Source of the DNA: Balanoglossus misakiensis
Taxonomy: Eukaryota > Animalia > Hemichordata
NCBI GenBank assembly: GCA_040954595.2
Contig: CM082577.2
Coordinates: 13,523,903-13,587,902 of the forward strand
Direction: 5' to 3'
DNA length: 64,000 bases
Shown here: positions 12,020 to 23,535 of the stretch, in pieces
How positions within the stretch are numbered: position 1 is the stretch's first letter
Layout: the number at the start of each line of letters is the position of its first letter
Program-made: the position numbers and the translations under genes
The notes under the pieces: generated by a model
Seen by the model: only the letters and a program-made list of their open reading frames with translations
Databases searched by the model: none
What the model was told of the DNA's origin: nothing

Positions 12020-15000
12020 TGCAAGATATAATAGTGGTTGCTTTACTGTGTGCGAGTAAAATGTTCCCAGGCTAAAACTTTGCAGGAATATTTCGACGGA
12101 GAACATGTACACCATACTTTTCAAATATACATGTAACGCGTCGCATATTGATAAGACTTTACAGTTTTTAATGTACGATACTCGCTTTTAACAATCTACT
12201 TGTTTTATTTCATAGAAAATGGCATATTTTAAGATTATTTCAACTATTATGCCATTTGCGGTGCTCTTCAGTGTGTGTGTATCAAGCCAGGAGAAAAGTC
12301 CACCAGGTAAAATTTTATTAATGTGTTGAATAGTACAAATACCTGAACGATATTCTCGCACAAATGACCTCAAAACGTTTATCATTTAAACGTTATTTAA
12401 GCTGACCAGACAATGTATTGGTAAAGTTTCTCTCTTTTCCTTTCAGTTCAGCGTATTTTGAATAACGACACGGTGATCGTTCACTTTGATGAGGATGTGT
12501 ACGCGCCAGAAGGAACATTGCTGAGACTAGTATTTCAAAGCACAAAGAAGATTAACGCCAGTGAAAGCATCTGCGTGAACCGGACAAAAGAACCAGGTAC
12601 TTGAAATCAGGCACCGAACATTCCAAATAACTTATAGATTAATCTCAGAGTATATACTGCCATGTATCCTTATAGTTACACGGAAGGATGTTTTAATCAT
12701 AAACTACACCGCTTTTATTTGAATACATGTGTATTAACGCACTACATTAAGAGATAGTGTTCTGAGAGAATGAAATTTTATCCCTAACATCATTACAGAC
12801 AAAACTGCGCTGATCGACTGTTGGCCAACCTCACCAGAAGACCTGGGATATAGATTTACATATTTGTCTCTGAAAGAAAGAAATGGCTGTGTCTGCTTGG
12901 ATGTTGATGAACTGAGGTTGCGCGATGATAACGTTGTGTTTACATGGTGGTTACGAAATACAATTAATACACCAGTCCTGGGTACAACAACTGTGGCGGT
13001 TATAAAAGGTAAATACAGAAACATATAAATATGTAGAATTTAGAGTACCTTTGTAATATAAAATCTAGAATTTCGAGAAAAAAAACTAACATTCACCGGT
13101 TATAGTGCAATTACTAATCGTCTGAATGTAAAACGTCTAAGGGGTCAAACCTTTGATACGAACACTGACATTGTACACGATTCTTCGTTTAAATGCAAGA
13201 TACATTCCTTTCGCTGTATTTTCAATATCAGTAGAACTGATAAAATAATATATAAAAATAATGGTTTTCCTGCTCGGTAATTCATTAGAGTTATTAATAT
13301 ACAGAAAGGATATTACACGGAAGGTGTTAATCTGGTGTTCGAAAAAAAAACGATTAAGTTAGATTCTGGCAAAATATACGTACCCGCAAACAGGATCAAT
13401 AAGTAGGATATCAAATAATGATATTTCATTTTCTTCACAAAAATGTCATGTTCTAACTCCAAGACTTGGTACGCAGTCTGAATTGGGAGAGACTGAGCTA
13501 CTTACTACGAACGATATTATTACTTTAATAGTTTTGTTCTTGTAATGGGAGAATGCACGCGTCGATCACGAGCATGCTTTGTGAACACATAGCCCACGCT
13601 CTGTTCACGATGGCAAAATCTTGGAACATCGGACCTTGGACCTGAACGGTCGATTGTAACTACACTGCCGCCTATATCCAAACTGTTTGTTCATGTAGCA
13701 ACGAACTATTATCATCTGTCAAAAATAAACTCAAGCGATTCATAGTAAATTTATATATGAGAAAAGGGATATAAGGATAATGGAAAATGCTTGTTGAGCA
13801 GCATGGAGACGTAAATTACGTTTGCGCTTTTAAATGGCCGTAGTCATGCAGCAAAATCTTTGGAGACATAATATTTTTAACGGAACTATGCTGTAGAAAC
13901 GTATACACATGTATTATCTATTCATGAATATTCGCATAGGCAAAGCTCAGCCACGCGATCTAACTACCATGTATCACGTGAATTGTTGAATGATAGCACG
14001 TAGCTGATCACGCCTTGATCACGCCGTCACATGACTATGACTGCCTTGTAGGATATGCCCTCCTGCAAGTAAACAAGAATTTTTGGCACAGTAACAAGAT
14101 TTTATTATAGGTATATACTAAACAACCTTATTGCGTCTAAATGTAGTCACACTCCTCAAAATTTTATGTTTCAAGGTAATAGCAGTATATAGCAGTATTT
14201 TAACATTATGAGCGTGAGAACTATGCGGGCAAGTTCACAAATTAGAAATTTAATTACGCACGTGCGTGGCTGAGATTGATTTATATTTGAGATGTCTATC
14301 AGTGAACTGGTATTTAACACATCTACATGCGTTCACAGCGGCTTGGGTTCAATCAACAGTTTTCTGAAATGTTGATAAATTGTATTCTGGTTTGCATTGT
14401 AACTTCGGCCCATCAAAACATCACTGAAATACTGTAAGAAACCACGATATAAAAGAAATGGCTTACAGTTCAGCAGATAGTGTTCAATAGTGCTGGTCCC
14501 ACAATGTTTGCGTCGCATGACATGTATTTCGCCAGTCGTCACTTTTCTCTAAAAACTTCTATGGGGCTATTTTGTTACAAAAATGAAAATTATACAATCT
14601 ATGTGAATGTTGAGTTATTTATTGTGTCACAGATATATCGATGTTTTGGTACCTCGAATAGGTGGTAGGTAGGTTGATATTTGGGTTGATTGAGAACTAC
14701 AGTTAGTTATATTTATTCCATAAATGTTTTAAACTCCACACGCATTCCAGCGCATTACAATTTCTGATGATCAACAACGCCATAACTGCTATGAATTTTT
14801 TTTTTCTGAAAAAGAGAATATAGTCAAAACTTTGATTAAACGTATTTTCTTTTAATTGTCATTTCACAGTTATAACCCAGCCACGGTGAAAAACTAATGA
14901 TAAACAGTGGAAGATTGTTAGCACTGTTTGAAAAGAATTATATTACAACCATACTTCAGATAAATGTTTAACTTTTGTGTGTTTCCACGGTTTGTGTTCG

Positions 15001-15130
15001 GTTATATATATACATAGACCGGGCTAACATTTTTGTCATCTGGGTGGTCATTTAAACGGTGTACTAATAATTCCTTTTATATACCAAATCTTTGATTTTA
15101 AGATGGGATCTTTTCTTTTCTTTTCTGTAG

Positions 15131-17989
15131 ATTCTGGGTCATTTAATGTCGTTGAACGAAAGGACAGAACTGTGGCGTTGGTTTTGAAGTTGGCTGATCA
15201 CCCGTATATTGACTTGGCATTGGCTAATAGCCACCATGATGACATGTATAACATGCGCGTCTCAGTGGATGGAGAAGTCTCACGCTTACGACGTTCACAT
15301 CCACAGATTGTACCCTTTCATGAGGGATTATGGCATGTCATTGTTTTTGAGAATGTAACTTGTGGTATGTCTGATAATTACACCTTTACTGGTACTTACA
15401 TGCAAGGTGAAGAACCCAAATCTGAAGTGACACACTTTTCACTGGAATCCAAAGGTAATTTTCAGGTATTCATTTTCATATAGGAGAAACCGTTTTTTTT
15501 CTAATGTAAGGTTGTGTCAGTCGGGCATTTGTTTCAATTGTGCCGGTTATGTTTATGTCTACTTCCCTTCGGATCTGAAAGTTGTCATGTCGTAACGGAT
15601 CATGCAATCCGTCTGGTTGTTTTTGTGTCATGTACATCAAATATCTATAGACTACATTAATTTAACTGCAAAAATTAATTTTAAAGGCGAACAGGAGTGA
15701 ACAAGACGCGATTTAACTCTTTTAAAGACCAGTGTGTTTTACTTTACAGAGGACTCACAGGTGAATATAAGCACCATTGACGCACCACAGTCGAATGGTG
15801 ACGTTGCAGTTTTGTCCTGCAATGTATCCGACTATTTTCCACCACAATGGTTTTTTAAAGGACGTCCCATACAGGTACTTTCAATCATGAATAATGTCAT
15901 TTCTTACAAGGATTGGTGCTATCAGCTATGAAATTCGGTTCTCGCTGAAAACACGCTTCATAAACTGTGTATATGTGTTACTCTCCTTGGTGATATTAAT
16001 TGGTGCAATGGCTAAAGTATCTGCATTTTATTTACGGTTATGTTTCTGTAGACCACAATCCCCCATAAGTTTCTGGTTATGTCAGTTTCCTTGGACCATA
16101 GTTTCTTTTCTGTTTATCCACCATGTAAAGTGATAACTTTTATTATTTTCATAGTGTGACGAGCAACATAACATAACTACCATTGGTGACTCAGAATCAA
16201 GGCTGACCGTGTCAAATTTCTCAACCATGAACGCAGGCCAATATTCATGTGTAATTAACAACGATTGCAATGATGCAGTGAGTTCCACTATCGGTGTAGC
16301 GGTCCCAGGTAAGCAAACGATTAAAGTTGTTGGTCACCAAGGGTGATATGGCCAAAAAAGTAAATATGTGCTGCTCCGATTACATTGTTTTCAAAAATAG
16401 GGTAGGTAGGTAGGGAAATTGTTTTATGTTGCTTTTTTTTTCTCTCTGGTCGCCATAGTGTTGGAAATGAAGTCATAGTTCTTGCGTGGTGCGCGCGATT
16501 TTGTCATAGTTCTCGAGTGATTGCGATTTTCATCTATTTCGTATATTTCACATCATTATTTTACTTTCGGGTATACGAAGCTCTTATAAGTTTAGGGTCG
16601 GCGGGTAATCGGAACATCACATGTTTTTTTATTTTGGCCAATATTGCATTTATATCTCAGGGGAGGAGTGTTAACCAGTAGAAGTCATTTTAACAAACCA
16701 CAAGTCATGTGTTTTCGCTCAAATCAAAGAAGAGAATGACTTTTAGTCCGTTAATATGATTCTCAATAATGCTTATTGAGGGAATAATTCCCCATATCAG
16801 CATTTGCCCGCTATATCTTCAGTAAATGCGAGATATTATGAGGCTTGTTTGTGATTGCAGATTAACATATATGTATACCCCTCTTGTCCCAGTTTCAAAA
16901 CAGATGTCTGTTGATGCTGATATATTACTTAGCCCAGCTAAATATGGAGATACTGCAATGTTGGTATGCCAGGTCACTGGTACTGTTGCATCAATAGAAT
17001 GGGAGTACAAAGGAAGAGTCTTGAAGGTAAGTGGAAAATACAGAGAAATGTGTCTTTTTGAAGATGTTCCGAAAATCACAATGCTAAATATCGTTATAAC
17101 CTAAACGTAAAACCGTAAAGGGAAGATGTGATTGTGCGATTTTAAATGATCTACACATACCCTATGCCGTTAAACATATTGGGTGTTTCGAATGCAAATT
17201 ACGCAACGTATAAGTGTAGCGCACAATGTACGGCTGTGAACACTTTTAAACATAAGTATTTTAATTGGATGAACCTTAAATATAGATGTCTTGAATTTAT
17301 GCAAGTTGAACAAATTTCCTGCATAGTAAATGCATATGTTTTCGTTCTTTATAGAATAACGGAAGAATCACGATATCGTATAACGGGATAAACACGTCAA
17401 ACCTGACAATACAAAATATCACGCAACGTGACATCGGAAAATATTCGTGTAGATACCAAAACAGCAATACAGGAAACGGCAACACGCTAGTTTCCAATGT
17501 ACACGTTCGCGTAGATGGTGAGTCTTTTATTGAAAATTCACTCACACATGTATCTATGTGTCTATCTATGTATCTATATATCTATCGATCTATCTATCGA
17601 TCTATCTATCGATCTATCCATCCATCCATCCATCCATCCATCCATCCGGTAATCTGGCTGGCTGTCTGTCTGTCTGTCTGTGCCTATACTTCTATGAGAG
17701 CTTGCGTTCAGCATACATTTAGACGAAAAGTCAACAGTGTGAGATAATTCCAAACTTTTCACGCCAATTCACCCTGTCCGATTACTGCCACATATAATCT
17801 ATTTATAGATGATTTCAATAACTAAATATATGTTTCTTTATAATTATTCAGACGATATTTTTGACACTACTCGGGGCCCCCCAACTCAAAGGCCAACAAC
17901 AACAGGTAATGCGATTTTGTTAGTTAAAATCATACTGATTGTTTATTACCTAATTACTATCGTCAACCCTTAATCAATAGACATTTTGG

Positions 17990-18048
<59 letters not shown>

Positions 18049-19217
18049 CTTAATAACTTAATTCATAAAGTAAATTAAAAAGTAAATAGAAAGGCATAAA
18101 CTGTGGCAACCCCAGAAAGATTAAAGAGTATATTACTTTATTAGCGTGCAAAAATTACTTTATTAGCGTGCAAAAAATACAAGATACTTGTAGTGATTTT
18201 GACTTAGTGTTCCATAATCTCGCATCAATCTCTATTTCATTTAAATTGCTTTGTCGTATTTGTTAAAGTGTATAAGGATTTTAAATATTTGTTCATTCAT
18301 AGCACAATCTGAAATGCACATTTGCCTTTAAGAGATGTATTGTTTCTATTCGCAGATGGCCTAAATACAACAGAGCCTGCTTGTCAGTGTGGTAAGTAAC
18401 TACAACCTTTGAAGGAAACAGAGCAAAGTATACATAATACTCCTGTTTCCAGGAGCGGTGCATGACTTCGGCAACATCACAATTTTCCCAACTTTTCTAC
18501 GCGTAAATTTCCGCCTCCACGCTATGTAATTATGCGGATGATAACGTAGTAATCCCCATGTCAAATAGAGAATAGTTCAGTTTATTCTTTATGGAGCCAC
18601 TTGCAAATATAATCACAAATTAATACAGAGCAGCGCAGAGAACATAGAAAGCATATAAGTCCGTAAGAGAAAAATCTATAGACCAAGGTGTTCCGAAAAT
18701 ATTAATGATTTACTGCCATCGTATGTGAATCTCTAGGTCAACTAGAAAGTTGTCACACACTCATGACAAATAACTGAAATGCAGTATGAATGTTACATTA
18801 ATCTTGCGTTTGATTTTATTAAAAGTATTGTTAATTTCAGGACGACCATTCACGGATCGGGGAGAAGCAATTGTCATCATTTCAATTACTATTATAGTAC
18901 TATTGGCGGTAATATTCGGTCTTCTGTGCAAAAACAACAACACGCATTTGTTTTGTAAACAAACAAAACGATCTACGTTAAAGTTGGTGAGTAAAGTAAA
19001 CCACGAGGGACTGTGCGACGGTATACGATTGTTTTGCTTGGCCGCCTATTGCTTTACTCAAATATTTACTCTTATAAAAAGATGTAACAGATAAAAAAAT
19101 TTCAAGAGTTAAATCTATAGTCTTTCCCCTTAAATCAGATGTCTTGAAATGCAGATGAAGCATTTCTACAAAGGGACAATCAGTTTCCCTATATTCTCAC
19201 AAGTCGACAGCATTTAA
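15131..19217 (+). CDS. Type I membrane Ig-superfamily protein with a short tail and no kinase; first exon not resolved
   Basis: Exons 15131-15454; 15750-~15874 plus ~16154-16308 (VLSC..PPQW / RLTVSN..NAGQYSC); ~16893-17026 plus ~17354-17518 (LVCQV..IEW / NLTIQN..DIGKYSC); T/P-rich micro-exons ~17852-17905 and ~18356-18391; TM exon 18841-18986 (AIVIISITIIVLLAVIFGLLC); candidate last exon 19155-19217 (MKHFYKGTISFPIFSQVDSI*). Confidence 0.75.
16367..16621. mobile_element. Small MITE-like insertion in intron
   Basis: TGTGCTGCTCCGATTAC ... GTAATCGGAACATCACA imperfect inverted repeat. Confidence 0.45.
17550..17680. repeat. Compound (TCTA)n/(TCCA)n/(TCTG)n microsatellite
   Basis: Direct tetranucleotide runs. 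Confidence 0.9.
17994..18047. repeat. (AAAT)n microsatellite
   Basis: Direct run. Confidence 0.95.
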
Positions 19218-20296
19218 CTCTCATAGAGTTATGTTTATGAAGAACGAAGTCGAGATGGCCAGGAACATTTTTTTCTGTTTCAAATGGCGCATGACTTGTT
19301 ACTGGTTGCGTGGGTAACATGCGATTGGTCTGTGTTCTTTTCCTTGATTGGTTCCACTGCAGAGCCAAAATGGCGGTGCACAATACCAATCGGCGGAGAC
19401 CAAGCCACTGACTGATGAAAAACATCCGTGTTAATTCAAGCTTGAATATCAGAAGCACGGGCTGTTGACAGAAAAGGGACATTACATTTACAGCAACATG
19501 AATCTTGCATATAGAAAAGCTATCATTAGGATTTTAAACTCACTGTGAAAGTATTTTTACGTTTAAAAAGTAAGTTATGACATTCACTATGGGTATCTAA
19601 CGATTGAATGTGAAACTTGTAGTCGTGAAACTCGTAGTAGTGTAACCTAATTTTAAGAAAAGCATATATTTGTGGGTAGCGTCAAGTTCTTTGTTATACT
19701 TTATAGAAACGTAAGGCATAGGCCTATGTATAAGTTGCTTGGTATATCTTTGTTTAGTCTTGGCAAGGTGCATATAACATGCCTTACATTTATTTACAAA
19801 TTTCCCCTTTTGTGGATAGTTTATCACGTCACTTTGATGGTGTAACACACTCTTTCTACCCTTTTGAGTATGTAAATGGGAAATCCTTTAAAGGCACATA
19901 ACCTGCAACTTTTGAGATATTTTTTTTTTTCAAACTGTACTACCATTAGTCCATTCAAATGAAGGCAATGAACTAAACCCAAGCATTATAAACTCTAAAT
20001 ATGAGTGCATATGCAAGTTTTAAAAGCTTTGCCGCAAGCGAATATGGCCGCCACCGTGGGAAAATGCAAGAAACAATGATAATGTTGCATTTCCGGTTAT
20101 GAAACTTCATAAACATGATCTCATCCACTGGAGCTCATGGAAGTAAATGTACACCGTTGAGACATTAGATTTTCCTTTTTCATTGTAATATTGCACTTTT
20201 TTAAAAATTGCAGGAATTTTCGATTTTCTTTAATTTTTGGCCATTTTGTCATAATTAAGTGTTGAACTTGATATCTTATCATGAAATATCATTTAA

Positions 20297-20775
20297 AGGG
20301 GAAATCCGCTGTAGCTGATTTCTGCATAATTTGGTAGCTTTGACGTCTCTCTTTCAGAAAAAAACATATTCGCCATGTATAGGTCACTGTGTCACAAGCT
20401 AAGCGTATATGCATATTTTTCATGGGTTATAGCTCATGAAAACTGTCAATAGATGACAAATTTTCGACTTTGCTGATGATTGTTTATCAACTGATGCAAA
20501 AAACAAACAATAGCTATGAAAATACGCCTAGTCTGTCGCCCAGTGACACCAATCGGAGAATGGTATCACCCACACCATGGTGGGCGGAAGTTGCTCCTGG
20601 CGCTTTTTTTCCCATGATTCAAATTACAGTAAACGCCATATTGGAAATTCTGCCAACCTTCCCTAGATTTTGTAAAAAATCACGCGACCTATACATGGCG
20701 AATATGTTTTTTTTCTGAAAGAGAGACATCAAAGCTACCAAATTATGTAGAAATCAGCTACAGCGGATTTCCCCT
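20297..20775. mobile_element. MITE with ~90-bp TIRs and TTAA target duplication (Kolobok-like termini)
   Basis: TTAA|AGGGGAAATCCGCTGTAGCTGATTTCT... and ...AGAAATCAGCTACAGCGGATTTCCCCT|TTAA. Confidence 0.85.
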
Positions 20776-22348
20776 TTAATTATATATAATTCCCCCGTAT
20801 TTCGAACTCGTGATTCCCCGTATAGCGGCCGCAGCTATACGGGGAATCACGAGTTCGCGACGCAGGTACACGAGTGAGAAATACGGGGGGAATTATATGT
20901 TTATCACATACATAGATCCGCTAATTTTGATTTTCAAATAAATCTCTTTGTGGTTGCGATAAAATTTGGAACTATTTTGTGCAAAATTGAAGATCGATGT
21001 TATGCGGTCTATCTGTCAGGTGACTCAGTTCACGACCTGGACGATTCTGGTTTTGGCGAGGACCCGTCTGTCGTGCGTCAGCTGGATTTCATCGTCCGTC
21101 AAGGTTTCACTGGAGCAGGAAACCTTTCTTATGCCTTTTGCTTTATGACTAGACCGTTTTGCTCTAATCGTCGCATCAAAATTTTCGCGAATACTCAGTT
21201 TTGTACCTGTCGCTCGTTCGAAAACGCGACGAAATTGGCTCAGCACTGACGACCTCGCGACAGTTTTGGTGCCGGTTGGTGCGATAAAAATGTACACGGG
21301 TAAAACTAATCGTCGATCGTCCATATTTACACATACGAAACATTTCATTATCTTTGCTTATTTTTTAATATCGAAATAAAACCAACAATTGCACTGAATT
21401 TTGTCGCCCTAAGAGGACTCTGTTTACAAGTTTAAAATAGTTCCGTTTGGTGACGTCAGAGGGATGGGTATTACAATAACGCTTGGTGCAAATTTACCTA
21501 CGTCTGACATCATACTATGGTATATGCGGAGCTATGTTTGTGATAATTTATAGAAACGCAAGGCAAATATATAATTTGCTTGGTACATGTATATGTTTGT
21601 TTAGTCTTGTCAAGGTGTATATAACATACCTTAAACCCTTGGTGCTCTTCTCCAACTGGTACCGACAGGGTACTCATTAAACAACTGCGATGCGGCTTGC
21701 AAGACAACGCAGTGGGCCTCGTGCATACCTGCGCGAACTTTTAGTACATTTTTCGCTCGAAACTCGCTACTATCCCCCGAAACGAAATATCCGTCAAAAA
21801 TCCAATGAAAAACGTTTTACTGAATGTAGAAATGTAAGATAACACATGATAGGAAAAGTTGAGTGGTAGTGGTAATATGTAGTGAACGGTATTGACCCGT
21901 ACAACCATCCAAATTTATTAATATGTAACCCGGTTTACAAAATAAACCATGTGATAGTCATGTGATATGTCAATTGTAACATAGCCCTTACGGTCCGCAA
22001 CGCCGCGTCTGGTGACCGAACTTGAACTGTTTTCGCAAAACATTTGTTGGGATATCATTGCTTACTTACGGATTTGCATGGCATTTGCATGCGCGTATCA
22101 CGTCTCCTTGCTCTGCAAAATAGTCGAGATTTTCTGCAAAGGATTCCAGTTTTTTTGTTGTATTACTCAAGGAATTGGTTTACGAATGGTCTATGCTTGT
22201 CCTGCTGTGGTCAGAAATTGATGTTCTTTGCTTTTGACAAGGCATTTGGGCCGAATCTTAGTGAACTTCGGTAAGCCATTCACTACTGCTGATAGCGGTT
22301 ACGTAATTTGGTGTGGGATCGTGACGTGGCCACTTGTGGTGACTCAGT

Positions 22349-23527
22349 ATGCCTCTGACCTGCGAGGACTGCGGAGAGTGCTCTTCGAGAGTTAGTCTGT
22401 GCCAAGGAGATATGCATCTGTGTAATACTTGCAACAAGAAACGATTTGGTGGCAGTAACGGCTCTACAGCGGATGGAGGAAGTGGACGAAGTAGAATAAG
22501 CGACAGTGGTGTGGTAATTAACGAACTTTTATGTTTTATTGTGAATAAGATGGATGTTCTTACAACAGACCTGCTGGTGAAGTTGTGTTGCGACCAATTT
22601 AACGATGGAGAAGTCGAGACTGCAAAGCGTACTCTTTTTGAACTATGTTGCAATGACCCTGGGAGGATGATAAAACGTCAGGGGCAGAATAAACGATTCA
22701 ACAATTTGATGGATATGGTGAAATTGCTCCACGAAGTTGACATTGAAGACCTGCCATGCTTCGTTGCTAAAGATTTGGCAAAACTCCCGCCAATTGATAC
22801 GTCTCACATCGACGTCTCCACATTGATGACAGAACTGAAGTCACTAAGGCGAGAAATGGCACAAATGAAAGACACTGTGGTGCGGTCCGAGGTGACCGAT
22901 TTTGCAAGTGAACTCAGTTTGTTGCGGCAAGAAATTTGTGAAGTGAAAAATTGCGTCGATAATTTGCAGAAAGGAGGTGTTGAAAGCGACGTGGTTTCAC
23001 AGGTGGCACAATGTGAGCCGCCAAGACCAGCTGTTTGTGAGCCACTGGATCCCCATTGTTCTCTGAACAAAGACCCTCATACGAGCTCGTATGCAGACAT
23101 AGTTCAATCACGTGTATCAGCGGTGAAAGCCAAGCGTCCAGTTCAGTCGGACCGTCCATCGACAAAGGTATCTGAAATCCAGTCGGGGAATGGAGAAGAA
23201 GAGTTTACTGTGGTGTCTCGCCGACCTAAACGTCGTCTTCAGGCAGTTTTTGGCACAGCAAAACTCAGTGATGATTCTGCTATCAAATCTGTTCGCCCTA
23301 ATCCGCCTTTTAAATTTTTTGTCACTAGATTTGCACCCACAACGACTTCAGATGCTGTTATTTCTTATATTAAAAAACGCAGTCATGTTACCGTTAAATG
23401 CGAACAACTGAAAACCAAATATGATACTTATTCATCATTTGTGGTTGAAACGACACGTGAGTTCGCCGAGAAAATTCGTGACCCTGCGATGTGGCCTGAT
23501 GGTATTCTTATCCGCCGATACTATTAA
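22349..23527 (+). CDS. LINE ORF1 protein
   Basis: 392 aa; N-terminal CxxC..CxxC, NELLCFI motif, coiled coil, C-terminal FVTRFAP...YSSF...WPDGILIRRY typical of L2/CR1-group ORF1. Confidence 0.85.
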   Translation: MPLTCEDCGECSSRVSLCQGDMHLCNTCNKKRFGGSNGSTADGGSGRSRISDSGVVINELLCFIVNKMDVLTTDLLVKLCCDQFNDGEVETAKRTLFELCCNDPGRMIKRQGQNKRFNNLMDMVKLLHEVDIEDLPCFVAKDLAKLPPIDTSHIDVSTLMTELKSLRREMAQMKDTVVRSEVTDFASELSLLRQEICEVKNCVDNLQKGGVESDVVSQVAQCEPPRPAVCEPLDPHCSLNKDPHTSSYADIVQSRVSAVKAKRPVQSDRPSTKVSEIQSGNGEEEFTVVSRRPKRRLQAVFGTAKLSDDSAIKSVRPNPPFKFFVTRFAPTTTSDAVISYIKKRSHVTVKCEQLKTKYDTYSSFVVETTREFAEKIRDPAMWPDGILIRRYY

Positions 23528-23535
23528 TTTATTGT

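Noticed and set aside
12480-12573. Possible RTK signal-peptide exon MLSLALIFFVL
   Set aside because: In-frame TGA after 11 codons and no clear donor; it cannot be supported as the first exon.
19680-21634. Diverged ~110-bp direct repeat at ~19680-19785 and ~21530-21634 considered as LTRs
   Set aside because: No TG..CA termini, primer-binding site or internal coding; more likely an old local duplication.
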